Assembly (NCBI GenBank): GCA_963748625.1
Contig: CAVVJT010000010.1
Location: 1,088,001 to 1,152,000, forward strand
Direction of reading: 5' to 3'
Source: an uncultured Chloroflexia bacterium
Lineage (GTDB): Bacteria; Chloroflexota; Limnocylindria; Limnocylindrales; CSP1-4
Length of the DNA: 64,000 bases
Position numbers and translations under genes: made by a program. The notes under the pieces are model-generated. The model searched no databases. It was not told the origin of the DNA and saw only the letters and a list, made by a program, of their open reading frames with translations. Below, in pieces: positions 28,562 through 37,993 of this stretch; the first letter of the stretch is position 1, and each line of letters opens with the position of its first letter.

Positions 28562-29190
28562 GATCGACCTCCAGCCTCCGGTCCGCCCGGGCCCGCAACC
28601 CGACGCCCGCGCCGCGGATAGATCACGAGCATCGTCCCAGCCTCATCGCCAACGTTCTCGACATCGTGCGGCACCGCCGGATCCCATGCCAGGTAGTCGC
28701 CGGGCCCCAGCTCGGTCACGTGCGCACCCTGCGTCAGCCGCCATCTGCCGGTCAGCACCACGTGGTGCTCGTCGCCCTGGTGCGCGTGGACGCCGGTCGC
28801 CTGTCCCGGCGGCACCGACACCTCCAGGACGCACACGTCGCGCGACGTGCCGCCATCGACCTCGGTCATGACGGCGCCGCCAGGCCCGTCCACCCGCGGC
28901 CGGTCGGCGAGCCGCACCACGCGGGGCGGCGTCGTCGAGTCCAGCAGCAGCCAGGCGGGCGGCACGTCAAGCCCCCCCGCGATCGCGGCCAGCGCCTCCA
29001 GCGAGGGCACGGCCTTGTCATTCTCGATCTGCGAGAGGTAGCCGATGTTGAGGCCGCTCCGCTCGCCGACCTGGGCGAGGGTGAGCCCGCGGGCCTGGCG
29101 CCAGCGTCGGATCTCCCGCCCGACGGCGATGCGGGGCAGAGCCGATGCGCTGGACGGGGCCTGGGCGCCGCCGATGTTTTCCTCTGTCAA
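28558..29190 (-). CDS. XRE-family HTH + cupin transcriptional regulator
   Basis: GLTLAQVGERSGLNIGYLSQIEND..PSL; cupin HAHQGDE...VPH. TTG start with GGAGG chosen but uncertain. Confidence 0.85.
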   Translation of the reverse strand: MTEENIGGAQAPSSASALPRIAVGREIRRWRQARGLTLAQVGERSGLNIGYLSQIENDKAVPSLEALAAIAGGLDVPPAWLLLDSTTPPRVVRLADRPRVDGPGGAVMTEVDGGTSRDVCVLEVSVPPGQATGVHAHQGDEHHVVLTGRWRLTQGAHVTELGPGDYLAWDPAVPHDVENVGDEAGTMLVIYPRRGRRVAGPGGPEAGGRS

Positions 29191-29223
29191 ACCCAATTGA
29201 CCTCCGCACAAGTCCGTGCCATA

Positions 29224-29262
29224 GTTGCATCTGCAAACAATTCTCGTTTGCCAACAGCAAAC
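29224..29262. promoter_or_regulatory. Paired palindromic operators in divergent promoter (likely for the XRE-cupin regulator)
   Basis: ttgca-tc-tgcaa (29225-29236) and gtttgc-caaca-gcaaac (29246-29262) in an AT-rich island. Confidence 0.55.
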
Positions 29263-29303
29263 CGTCAAGGGACGCCGGTCGCGCCCCACCGGAGGAGCAC
29301 CCC

Positions 29304-29960
29304 GTGACCACCATCGCCATCATCGGCACCGGCAACGTCGGCAACGCCATCGGGTCGAGTGCCGCCAAGGCGGGCTACGACGTCGTCTTCGCCGGCCAGG
29401 ATGCCGCCAAGGCCCAGGCCGTCGCGGCGGCCGCCGGCGCCACCGCCGCCGCCACCCCGCGCGACGCCGTCGCCGGCGCGGACATCGTCGTCCTCGCCGT
29501 TCCCTACGGCGCCCTCGCGGCCGTCGCCGCCGAGATCGCCCCGGTTGCCGCGGGCAAGATCGTGATCGACCCCACCAACCCGCTCAAGCCCGACTACTCC
29601 GGCCTCGCCAACGTCGGCGCTGCGTCGGGCGCCGAGGAGCTCGCCCGCCTCCTGCCCGAGTCGAAGATCGTGAAGGCCTTCAACACGGTCTTCGCCGGCA
29701 ACGCGGCCAACCCGCAGGCGCTCGGATTCCAGCTCGACTCCCTCTTCGCCACCGACGACGAAGCCGCGAAGGACGCCGTCTGCGGTCTGTCGGGCTCCAT
29801 CGGCTTCCGCCCGATCCACGTGGGCCCGCTGGCGGCCGCCCGCGAGCTCGAGGCCTTGGCCTGGCTCAACATCCGCCTCCAGCTGATCAGCAATGGCAAC
29901 TGGAACACCGCCTACGCGCTGGTCTCCCCGCCCGAGGCCGCGCTCACCTACGGCAAGTAG
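29304..29960 (+). CDS. NADP oxidoreductase, F420_oxidored family (NADPH-dependent F420 reductase-like)
   Basis: IIGTGNVG, VLAVP, IDPTNP, SGAEE, VKAFNT; SD ggagg. Confidence 0.85.
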   Translation: MTTIAIIGTGNVGNAIGSSAAKAGYDVVFAGQDAAKAQAVAAAAGATAAATPRDAVAGADIVVLAVPYGALAAVAAEIAPVAAGKIVIDPTNPLKPDYSGLANVGAASGAEELARLLPESKIVKAFNTVFAGNAANPQALGFQLDSLFATDDEAAKDAVCGLSGSIGFRPIHVGPLAAARELEALAWLNIRLQLISNGNWNTAYALVSPPEAALTYGK

Positions 29961-30067
29961 GCCCAATTCCCGCTGAGGGCACGCCGGACGCCGCGACCGT
30001 TCCCGGTTGCGACGTCCGGCGCCACCGACTACGGTTCCCGCACCTGCACCACTCCAATGAGCGTCCC

Positions 30068-30874
30068 ATGACCCAGCCCGCCTCCCCCGCGCCCACCGAC
30101 ACCCGCCTCCCCGCCGTGTACCTCGGCCACGGCGCGCCGCCCCTCCTCGACGACCCGCTCTGGATGGCCCAGCTCGCCGGCTGGTCGGCCGCCCTCCCGC
30201 GGCCCAAGCAGATCCTCATCGTGTCGGCCCACTGGCAGACCGCGCCAATGGCGATCGGGGCGACCGAGACCGTGCCGCTCGTCTACGACTTCTACGGCTT
30301 CCCCGAGCACTACTACCGGCTCCAGTACCGCGCTCCCGGCGCGCCGGACCTCGCGGCTGACGTCAAGGCTCTGATGCCCGCGAGCGAGCCCGTCCTCGAC
30401 CGCCCGACGCGCGGCCTGGACCACGGCGCCTGGGTGCCGCTGCTCGCGATGTACCCCGACGCCGACATCCCCGTCCTCCAGATGTCGATGCCGGACCTCG
30501 ATCCCGAACACCTCTTCGCGATCGGCAAGCGGCTGGCGCCCCTGCGCGACGAGGGCACGCTGATCATCGGGTCCGGCTTCCTGACCCACGGCCTCCCCTT
30601 CATCGGGGAGTACTGGGACGGCCGCCCGGGCGCCCCCACCTGGTCGATGGAGTTCGACCGCTGGGCCGCCGAGGCCCTCGACCGCGGCGACATCGACGAG
30701 CTGTTCGCCTTCCGCGAGAAGGCGCCGGGCATGCCCTTCGCGCACCCGACGGTGGAGCACTTCGCGCCGCTGTTCGTGACGCTGGGCGCGTCGGCGAAGC
30801 CCGATGACACCCCGACCACGGCGATCGAGGGCTACTTCCTGGGCCTCTCCAAGCGGTCGATCCAGACGCAGTAG
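30068..30874 (+). CDS. DODA/YgiD-type extradiol dioxygenase (LigB family)
   Basis: YLGHGAP, VSAHW, YDFYGFP, GLDHGAWVPL, GSG..THG, AHPTVEHFAPL. Confidence 0.9.
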   Translation: MTQPASPAPTDTRLPAVYLGHGAPPLLDDPLWMAQLAGWSAALPRPKQILIVSAHWQTAPMAIGATETVPLVYDFYGFPEHYYRLQYRAPGAPDLAADVKALMPASEPVLDRPTRGLDHGAWVPLLAMYPDADIPVLQMSMPDLDPEHLFAIGKRLAPLRDEGTLIIGSGFLTHGLPFIGEYWDGRPGAPTWSMEFDRWAAEALDRGDIDELFAFREKAPGMPFAHPTVEHFAPLFVTLGASAKPDDTPTTAIEGYFLGLSKRSIQTQ

Positions 30875-30956
30875 ATGCGAAGGGGCGCCGGTCCGGTCGC
30901 GACAGCATGCCGCGAACGCAGACCGGCGCCGTGCATGGCGCGTGAGCCCCGGGGTC

Positions 30957-31457
30957 CTACTTGCCGAGCTTGACCACCACCCAGCCCGTGGAGGCACGGC
31001 GGCTGCCACTGTCCGAGTAGCAGTTCCAGTCGTCACACCACTCGCGGTAGTAGCTGACGTAGCCGGAGACGCCGACGGCGGCCTGGCCGCTCTTGAAGGG
31101 GACGCTCTCCGCGGGGATCGTCGCCGTGAGCGAGTGCACCGAGCCATCGCACAGCTGGCCCGGATCGCCCGTCCACCAGTCGACCCACCCGGTTGCGATG
31201 GATCGCCCGCTGGCCTGCTTGACGTAGGCTGAGAAGTAGTTCTCCTCCCAGTTCACACCGTCGGGTGCCGCGTCGCACGTGAGGTTGAATCGGACTTCGA
31301 CGAGAACCTTCGCCACCACCTTGGCCGACGTGATCGTGATGGTCATGCCGTCGCTGTACGCCGCACCCGGACCGCCACCCGTCGTGTCGGCTGCCGCCGG
31401 CGACGCGAGGGCGAGGGCGAGCACCCCTGCCATGACCAGGCTTGCACCCTTGCGCAT
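30957..31457 (-). CDS. Secreted protein of unknown function
   Basis: Sec signal ending ASPAAA; beta-rich with 4 Cys; SD AAGGAGG. Confidence 0.7.
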   Translation of the reverse strand: MRKGASLVMAGVLALALASPAAADTTGGGPGAAYSDGMTITITSAKVVAKVLVEVRFNLTCDAAPDGVNWEENYFSAYVKQASGRSIATGWVDWWTGDPGQLCDGSVHSLTATIPAESVPFKSGQAAVGVSGYVSYYREWCDDWNCYSDSGSRRASTGWVVVKLGK

Positions 31458-31647
31458 CGGTCCCTCCTTGGAGGACCACGCGGGTCGGTCTCGCCAGTGG
31501 CTCGATGCGGTCGGGGCGGCCGTGGCTGTGACCGCACTTCATCGCCTCCCGTTGGGGGCGAGGATGGCGTCCCACGAGCGACGATCCAAGAGCCGTGTGG
31601 CCCGCGCGGCCGTGGCGCGCTGGCGCCGGATACCCCACTATCCCAGC

Positions 31648-33132
31648 ATGCCCGTGCCCTCCATCTGGACCACTGCGCTGGCCGACCGCCTGGATGCGGA
31701 GCTGGCCGGCGGGTCACTCGACAACCCCTTCCGCCCCGCCGTCCTGCGCTGGGCCGCGGCGACCGGTCGCCCGGCCGATCCGCTGCCCCTCCTGGAGCAC
31801 CTTGAGGGCAACCGTGTCGGCGGACGCTCCGGAGCGCGGCGATACCGCTGGGACCTCCCGCTGGCCGCCTGGGTGGACAACGGCGGCGTTTCCCGATGGC
31901 GGCCGGCCGAGGCCGAGTGGGCCCGCCGCCACCCCGAGGAGTACGCCGAGCGCCTCTGGACCCCGCCGATCCTCGCCGAGCACATCGAGTGGCTGGAGCG
32001 CATGGGCCGGAGCTCGGATGGCGTGCTTGCCGCCCGGGCCAAGGCGATCCTGGAGGAGGCGACACCCATCGTCGAGGACGACGTCGCGCGCCGCGTGCTG
32101 GGCCAGGACCCGTGGGGCGACACCTTCATGCTCTGGGTCATCGCGCGCCGGGCCCGGGCGCTCACCCACGTGCGCGGGCTTGCGACCGCCATCGCGTCGC
32201 GGTATGCCGCCCGGGCTGAGCGCGCCAGGGGCCTGGTGCTCGGGCGGGCCTTCCCCTACTTCGACAAGCCGATGCTCTCGGCGACCGCGCACCTGGCGTC
32301 GGCGGCGGCCCGGATCGGTGATGGGGTCGACATCGTCGCGCCGGCCGTGGCCTGGCTGCCGGGCCAGCGCAATGCCGACGGCGGCTGGGGCGACCCCGGG
32401 CAGGGCTCCGAGATCCTCACGACCATCGCCGTCGCAGAGCTGCTGGGCCACCTGGATCCGGCCTTCGAGCCCGCGTCCGTGCTGGAGATGCTGGGGGACC
32501 TGGTCGCGCGCGGCGACCCGCGCCCGGAGCTCATCGGCCCCGAGTGGCCCTGGGTTGCGGCTGAGCTCCTTGCCTTCGCAGACTGGTGCCGGCGCCCCTT
32601 CCGGGAGCGGTTCCGCTGGCCGCACGTGCCGGGCTACATGGTGGACCAGCGGGTCCGCGTGCCGCGCTACGAGGCGTACCTCGTGGACGCCCGCCTGTTC
32701 GAGGGGATCCCCGGGCTGTCGGCGGCGCCCGTGGAGATCGGGTTCCTGGACATGGCGGGCTTCGGGGCGTGGAACACGGGCTACGGCCAGGCGGCGGGCG
32801 ACGAGCTCCTGGCGCTGCTCACCTCGGAGCTGCGGACGCTGCCGGAGTCACGCACCATCCGCGACGGCGGCGACGAGTTCCTTGTGGTCGGCGCGCCCCA
32901 GGCGACGGGCCTCGAGGAGCGGTTGCGGGCGATGTTCGCCCGCTGGGCGGCGGTCTCCCGCGAGCACTACCCGGACCTGCCGGTCGTGCCGCTTCGGGCT
33001 TCGGTGACGATGACCCGGGCCGACGGCCTGCGCACAGCCCGCGAGAACCTCGGCCGCTGGATAGGCGAGGTCAAGCACGCGTACCCGGACCCGCCGCCCG
33101 AGGGCGTCGTGCGCTGGTACCCGTCGGCGTAA
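31648..33132 (+). CDS. Prenyltransferase/terpene-cyclase QW-motif protein fused to C-terminal GGDEF domain
   Basis: WLPGQRNADGGWG; C-terminal FLDMAGFGAWNTGYGQAAGDELL...RDGGDEF. Confidence 0.7.
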   Translation: MPVPSIWTTALADRLDAELAGGSLDNPFRPAVLRWAAATGRPADPLPLLEHLEGNRVGGRSGARRYRWDLPLAAWVDNGGVSRWRPAEAEWARRHPEEYAERLWTPPILAEHIEWLERMGRSSDGVLAARAKAILEEATPIVEDDVARRVLGQDPWGDTFMLWVIARRARALTHVRGLATAIASRYAARAERARGLVLGRAFPYFDKPMLSATAHLASAAARIGDGVDIVAPAVAWLPGQRNADGGWGDPGQGSEILTTIAVAELLGHLDPAFEPASVLEMLGDLVARGDPRPELIGPEWPWVAAELLAFADWCRRPFRERFRWPHVPGYMVDQRVRVPRYEAYLVDARLFEGIPGLSAAPVEIGFLDMAGFGAWNTGYGQAAGDELLALLTSELRTLPESRTIRDGGDEFLVVGAPQATGLEERLRAMFARWAAVSREHYPDLPVVPLRASVTMTRADGLRTARENLGRWIGEVKHAYPDPPPEGVVRWYPSA

Positions 33133-33187
33133 GCATCAGCATCGGCATCGGCGGGGTGCCCGGCCCAGCGGGTGCCCGGCTTCGGGC

Positions 33188-33348
33188 GTGCATCGCACGC
33201 ACACTTCCGTGCCTTGCCTGTCGCCCGCAGGCATCGCAAGCACGACGGCGACAGCTTCCGGGGCCATTCGGGCCCGTTGCCGCGTCGGCAACGTGCAGCG
33301 CACGCACGCATGGAGCACGACAACCCCGAAAGTGTGCGTCGCGTACAC
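33188..33348. mobile_element. MITE-like element with imperfect terminal inverted repeats
   Basis: acgcacactt (33197-33206) / aagtgtgcgt (33330-33339), extending imperfectly to ~19 bp; lies between convergent genes. Confidence 0.35.
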
Positions 33349-33409
33349 GAGCGCGCCCGCGCCGACGAGCGCGCCCGCGCCGACGAGCGCGCCCGCGCCG
33401 ACGAGCGCG
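33347..33409. repeat. Tandem repeat, 18-bp unit x3.5
   Basis: acgagcgcgcccgcgccg. Confidence 0.9.
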
Positions 33410-33421
33410 GCTGGCCCGGAC

Positions 33422-34609
33422 TCAGTCGAGCAGGCCCAGCAGCATGGCGCCGAACAGCACGGCCGTTCCGAGCGTCAGCAGCACCCGGGCCATCCCGCGA
33501 CCGCCGTCCCGGAGATGGACGACCGCGCCGGCGACCAGGATCGCGAGCGCGACGGCCCCGAGCAGGAGCACCTCGAGCTCGAGCAGCAGCGGCTGGCCGT
33601 CGCGGAGCGCCGCCGCTCCCACGAACAAGGCAAGCGCGCCCAACCCGAGCGCGGTGCCGGAGATGATGCGGACGAGCGGCATGGCGACCTCCTCCTTCCG
33701 CGGATGTGTCGCGACCAGGGACGCGCCGATGGCCGTCCCGAGCACGACGACGATCACGAGCAGTGCAACGGCGATAGGGATGTCGATGAAGCCACCGACG
33801 AGGATCTTCACGCCGGCGAACACGAGCAGCACGGCGAGGCCGAGCTTGAGGTAGATGAAGCGGTCGAGCAGGCCCGCAAGCAGGAAGTACAGGCTCCGCA
33901 GCCCGAGGATCGCGAACAGGTTGGAGCTGAACACGAGGAACGGGTCCGTGGTCACAGCGAACACGGCCGGGATGGAGTCGATCGCGAACATGATGTCGGT
34001 CGTCTCCACCACGAGCAGCACTGCCAGCAGCGGTGTGGCCAGCAGCCGGCCGCCCTCCCGGACGACGAAGGCGGCGCCGCGGTAGTCGTCGGTCATGGGC
34101 ACGACGCGCCGGAAGACCCGCAGCACCGGGTTGCGCGAGGGGTCGACGGCATGCCCCTTGGAGCGGGCGAGCCGGATGCCCGTCACGACCAGCAGGGCGC
34201 CCAGCAGGTAGATGACCCAGTGCGCCGCCTCGAGGATGGCGGTGCCGGCCCCGATGAACACCGCACGGAAGACGATGGCACCCAGGATTCCCCAGAACAG
34301 CAGCCGGTGCTGGTAGGCGGCAGGGACGGCGAAGGCGGCGAACACGAGGGCGAAGACGAAGACGTTGTCCACCGAGAGCGACAACTCGATGAGGTAGCCC
34401 GCGAGGTACTCGCCGCCCGCCGTGCTGCCCTGCGTGACCGCGATGTAGCCGCCGAACGCGAGGGCGAGCGACACCCAGACCGCGCTCCAGAACGCCGCCT
34501 GGCGAAACGGGACCACCTCGGCCCGCCGGTGGAGCACGAGGAGGTCCAGGGCGAGCATGCCGCCAACGATCGCAGCAAGCAGGATCCACGGGAGGAGATC
34601 TGGGGACAC
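33422..34609 (-). CDS. alx: TerC/Alx family Mn homeostasis membrane protein with C-terminal membrane extension
   Basis: GYLIELSLSVDNVFVF, QHRLLFWGILGAIVFR, ETTDIMFAIDSIPA, SNLFAILGLRSLYF; upstream yybP-ykoY riboswitch. Confidence 0.9.
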   Translation of the reverse strand: MSPDLLPWILLAAIVGGMLALDLLVLHRRAEVVPFRQAAFWSAVWVSLALAFGGYIAVTQGSTAGGEYLAGYLIELSLSVDNVFVFALVFAAFAVPAAYQHRLLFWGILGAIVFRAVFIGAGTAILEAAHWVIYLLGALLVVTGIRLARSKGHAVDPSRNPVLRVFRRVVPMTDDYRGAAFVVREGGRLLATPLLAVLLVVETTDIMFAIDSIPAVFAVTTDPFLVFSSNLFAILGLRSLYFLLAGLLDRFIYLKLGLAVLLVFAGVKILVGGFIDIPIAVALLVIVVVLGTAIGASLVATHPRKEEVAMPLVRIISGTALGLGALALFVGAAALRDGQPLLLELEVLLLGAVALAILVAGAVVHLRDGGRGMARVLLTLGTAVLFGAMLLGLLD

Positions 34610-34630
34610 GCAGCAGCCTCCGGCGATGAT

Positions 34631-34732
34631 GCCGAAGGTCTCTCCCGACCGGCCTCGCGCCGGTCGCTCACAGCGGGCCACGACGGGTGGCCGGGATGAC
34701 GCCGCAGAGCCGGGTGGGATACTCCCCTTCGC
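34631..34732 (-). promoter_or_regulatory. yybP-ykoY (Mn2+) riboswitch
   Basis: Minus strand reads gaaggggagta ... cgtcat ... gagaccttc, immediately 5' of the TerC/Alx SD; canonical gene context. Confidence 0.85.
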
Positions 34733-34799
34733 CCGGTAGGGTGAGCCACAGGCGGGCGCCCGGGTCAAGTGCCGGACGACGCTGCGTGCAGGCGCGACA

Positions 34800-34874
34800 T
34801 GGTGAGCCCGCTGGGATTCGAACCCAGGACCAAGGGATTAAAAGTCCCCTGCTCTACCGCTGAGCTACGGGCCC
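34800..34874 (-). tRNA. tRNA-Lys (TTT)
   Basis: GGGCCCGTAGCTCAGCGGTAGAGCAGGGGACTTTTAATCCCTTGGTCCTGGGTTCGAATCCCAGCGGGCTCACCA. Confidence 0.97.
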
Positions 34875-34883
34875 CGTGCAACT

Positions 34884-36251
34884 CTACCGGGTGGGGACCT
34901 CCCGGCGGCCTGCGGCGCTGGTGATGCCCGCGGCGCCGGCCCTGGCTGCGTACGGCCGGCGGTCAAGGGAGCGGGCCACGCCCCAGCGTCGGGCCTGCAT
35001 CCGCCAGCCGATGCTGCCGACCGCGCGGTAGAGGCGGGCCTGCACGAAGGGCCGGGCGAGATGCTCCTGGGCAGCAGCCGGGATTGCGGTCCCGTGCGCC
35101 AGAGCGTCGGCGGCGAGGTCCAGGGCGGCGCGCGCGTGACCCGCTCGGCCCACCGTGTCGAGCGGGGCGCCATGGACGAGGCCCTCACCGGCACCCAGGG
35201 CCAGGCCACCGGCCCAGGTGAACCCGGCCTCCACGGCGAACTGCGCGGAGACCGCGAGGGCCGGAGCGATGTGCGCGGCCTCCGGGAAGCCGCAGTTGAC
35301 GATGGCGGCGAACGCCGGCCGAACTGGACCCAGAGCCACACTGCCGTTCGCGCGGCGGGCCGCCAGCCCCTCGAGGACGCGGGTCACCGGCGCCGGGAGC
35401 GTGTCCACGTAGAGCGGCGCGGCGAGCACCACGAGGTCGGCGGCCTCCACGATGTCGAGCGCGCGGTCGAGGCGGGCGGGTGCGCCCGCGACCGGGTACA
35501 GCTGGATCGTGTCCACCTCGACACCCCGCTCGTCGAGCTGGCCCGACAGGTACGCGCCGAGCGACGCGGAGGTGCTGGTCCTGGTCCGCGGGCTGCCCAC
35601 CAGGACCACGGCGCGCGTCGGAGCCGGCCAGGTGCCGGGATCGCCGTCGGGTGCCGGCACCGGGTCCGCGGGCAGCCGCCGGCCGCGGCCGATGTCCTCC
35701 ATCGCGCCGGCGACGAGCGAACCGATCGCATCGTCCGCCATCCCCGCGTGGACGACCCGGGCCGCGGATGCGCCGGCATGGAGGTTGCGGGCGTTGCGAC
35801 CCGCAAGCGAGGAGAAGACGGCCTCCGCCGCCGCGTCGGGCGCATCGAGCCAGCCGATGGCGAGCAGGTCCGGGTAGCGCGCATATCGCATCTGGTGGTG
35901 GGTCTCGCCGGCGATCTGGGCGAACCCCGGCATGAGGAGCTGGATCTGGTGGTCGAGCGCCTTCTTGAGCTCCGACGAGTAGCCCCCGAACGTCACCGGC
36001 GACAGGAGCACGAGGAGGTCGCTGCGGATCGTGGCTGCAGCGATCGCGCGGTTGTCATCGTCGGTGTTGCACTGGCCCGGGCTCCGGATCCAGCAGTAGA
36101 AGTCGCCCGCGCAGTTGCCGATCCGCGCCTCGCGCAGGGTGACGCTCTCGGTCGTCCAGCCGGCTGCGGCCAGCCTGGCCTCGACGGCCTCGCGGACCCG
36201 CGCCCCGGCTCCACCGGCATCGAGCGACCCGTCGAGCACAAGTGCATGCAT
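34884..36251 (-). CDS. Tandem flavodoxin / NADPH-dependent FMN reductase-like protein
   Basis: Two flavodoxin-like halves (VLDGS...CAGDFYCW...C...SPVTFGGYSS; VGSPR...AAPLYVDTLP...NCGFPE). Confidence 0.75.
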   Translation of the reverse strand: MHALVLDGSLDAGGAGARVREAVEARLAAAGWTTESVTLREARIGNCAGDFYCWIRSPGQCNTDDDNRAIAAATIRSDLLVLLSPVTFGGYSSELKKALDHQIQLLMPGFAQIAGETHHQMRYARYPDLLAIGWLDAPDAAAEAVFSSLAGRNARNLHAGASAARVVHAGMADDAIGSLVAGAMEDIGRGRRLPADPVPAPDGDPGTWPAPTRAVVLVGSPRTRTSTSASLGAYLSGQLDERGVEVDTIQLYPVAGAPARLDRALDIVEAADLVVLAAPLYVDTLPAPVTRVLEGLAARRANGSVALGPVRPAFAAIVNCGFPEAAHIAPALAVSAQFAVEAGFTWAGGLALGAGEGLVHGAPLDTVGRAGHARAALDLAADALAHGTAIPAAAQEHLARPFVQARLYRAVGSIGWRMQARRWGVARSLDRRPYAARAGAAGITSAAGRREVPTR

Positions 36252-36277
36252 GGCCGTGTCCTCCTGTGCGCCTGCGG

Positions 36278-36778
36278 TCAGGCCGCGACCGACGGGTGAC
36301 GCTCGCGCCGCTGGCGGGCCGAGGCGTGCGAGCCGCCGACCGGAACCGTGCCCACCGCGCCGCCGAGCCCGAAGCCCGCCGGGATGTCAACGTAGAGCGA
36401 CTCGACCGCTCCCGGCTCCGTCACGTAGGTCTCGTGGAACAGGCCTACGGCCCCGGCCGCGGCCTTGGACCGGCGGTAGAACGCGGTCCAGGCGGGGCGG
36501 TGCGCGGCGCCGTCGGAGCGCGCGTACTGCTCGAGTGCCTCGAACGAGCGCCAGTAGCTCACCACCATGATCGTCCGCCCCGACAAGAAGGTCCGGGCGC
36601 CCAGGAGGCCCAGCTCCGGCTGCGTGGACAGCTCGCTGAGCATCGGGCCCATGGCGCGCGCGGCCGGCAGCCAGCCGCGGAGGCTGCGCAGGCGGTTGAT
36701 CCGCATGCCGACCAGGAAGACGACAACAGGGGCATCGACATCGGCCATCAGGCGGACGGTCGGCTGGGCTGCAGGCAT
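36278..36778 (-). CDS. DUF4188 family protein
   Basis: VVVFLVGMRIN, SYWRSFEALEQYA, HRPAW, VGLFHETY, ESLY...FGLG. Confidence 0.82.
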   Translation of the reverse strand: MPAAQPTVRLMADVDAPVVVFLVGMRINRLRSLRGWLPAARAMGPMLSELSTQPELGLLGARTFLSGRTIMVVSYWRSFEALEQYARSDGAAHRPAWTAFYRRSKAAAGAVGLFHETYVTEPGAVESLYVDIPAGFGLGGAVGTVPVGGSHASARQRRERHPSVAA

Positions 36779-36813
36779 GGGTGGCGGGCTCCAGGTGGGT
36801 CGGGGACGCTTGG

Positions 36814-36859
36814 TGTTGACAGCGTCAACATTACGCGATGGATGTGAACACTGTCAACA
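36814..36859. promoter_or_regulatory. Two TetR operator palindromes
   Basis: TGTTGAC-agc-GTCAACA (36814-36830, perfect) and TGTGAAC-act-GTCAACA (36843-36859), between divergent TetR and DUF4188 genes. Confidence 0.8.
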
Positions 36860-36878
36860 CCTGTGCGACAATGCCGCC

Positions 36879-37475
36879 ATGCGCGATCGTCCCTACCACC
36901 ACGGCGACCTGTACGAGGCCCTTGTCACGGCCGGCGTCGAGGCCGCCCGCGCCGGCGGGCCATCGGCCATCTCCATCCGCGTGCTCGCGAAGACCGTCGG
37001 CGTCTCACCGACGGCCGCCTACCGCCACTTCCCCAGCCTCGAGCACCTCGTGGCGGCGGTGTCCCAGCGCGCCCGCGAGCTGCTGGCGACGGCGATGGGC
37101 GCCGCCATGGACGAGGTCCACACGGACGATGCCGCGGCGCGGGCCTGGGACCGGCTCCTTGCCAGCGGACGGGCCTACGTGCGGTTCGCCGTGGCCGAGC
37201 GGCACCTGTTCGCGATGGCCTTCGTCCCGTGCGAGGCGCCGCCGCCCCGCCCCGACGATCCCGACGCGTGGGCGCTGCTGGTCGGGACGCTCGAGGATGT
37301 GGGTCGCACCGGAGGACTCGCGCTATCGCCGCCGATGACCGCACCGGTCGCGGCCTGGGCGATGGTCCACGGCCTCGCGGGCATCGTCACCGGCACCACG
37401 CTGCCCCCCGAGGTCAACCCCGATGCACTGACCGACGCCGTCCTCGGCGTCCTCCTGCGCGGCCTGCGAGCCTGA
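36879..37475 (+). CDS. TetR/AcrR family regulator (WHG-type)
   Basis: PYHHGDL, ISIRVLAKTVGVSPTAAYRHF, AWAMVHG. Confidence 0.92.
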   Translation: MRDRPYHHGDLYEALVTAGVEAARAGGPSAISIRVLAKTVGVSPTAAYRHFPSLEHLVAAVSQRARELLATAMGAAMDEVHTDDAAARAWDRLLASGRAYVRFAVAERHLFAMAFVPCEAPPPRPDDPDAWALLVGTLEDVGRTGGLALSPPMTAPVAAWAMVHGLAGIVTGTTLPPEVNPDALTDAVLGVLLRGLRA

Positions 37476-37522
37476 TCTCCGCGGAGCCGCAGCAGGCGCC
37501 CGGGGCGCACGGCCGATCCCGC

Positions 37523-37993
37523 TCAGGCGACCGGGCGCGCCCCGTGCGGGCCTGCCTCGCCTGGGCCTGCCTCGCCTGGGCCTGCCTCGCCCCGGCCAGG
37601 GCGGCGGTCCCGGCCGGGCCCCTCGTCGGACACGATGCGGCGGTGGCGCAGCGACCACTTGCGCAGTGACTTGGGGAGGTGGCTTCCGACCGCGCCGATG
37701 ACGAGGGCGGCCACGGCGACCGGGACCTCGGCGCCCTTGGCGCGATGGAAGGCGACCAGGACGCCGACATGGGCGAACACGAGGAGCCCACGGCCCTCGT
37801 AGGCCCAGTGGCGGCTGTGGGAGGCCTCGGTCGCGAGCAGGGCGGCCCCCGTCAGCGTGGTCGCCGTGCGCCAGCGGGAGGCCGCCGTCGGGTGCCCGGC
37901 CATCCGCCCGCCGAGGTAGCCCGCCATCGCCAGGAGGTGCGCGGTGCGGGCGATGATCGCGACCGTGCGCGGAGCGGGATCGTAGGGGTTCAT
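37523..37993 (-). CDS. Small membrane protein of unknown function
   Basis: RTAHL, VGSHLPKSLRKWS; ATGA-coupled to moeA; C-terminal GEAGP x3 from a 15-bp repeat. Confidence 0.6.
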   Translation of the reverse strand: MNPYDPAPRTVAIIARTAHLLAMAGYLGGRMAGHPTAASRWRTATTLTGAALLATEASHSRHWAYEGRGLLVFAHVGVLVAFHRAKGAEVPVAVAALVIGAVGSHLPKSLRKWSLRHRRIVSDEGPGRDRRPGRGEAGPGEAGPGEAGPHGARPVA

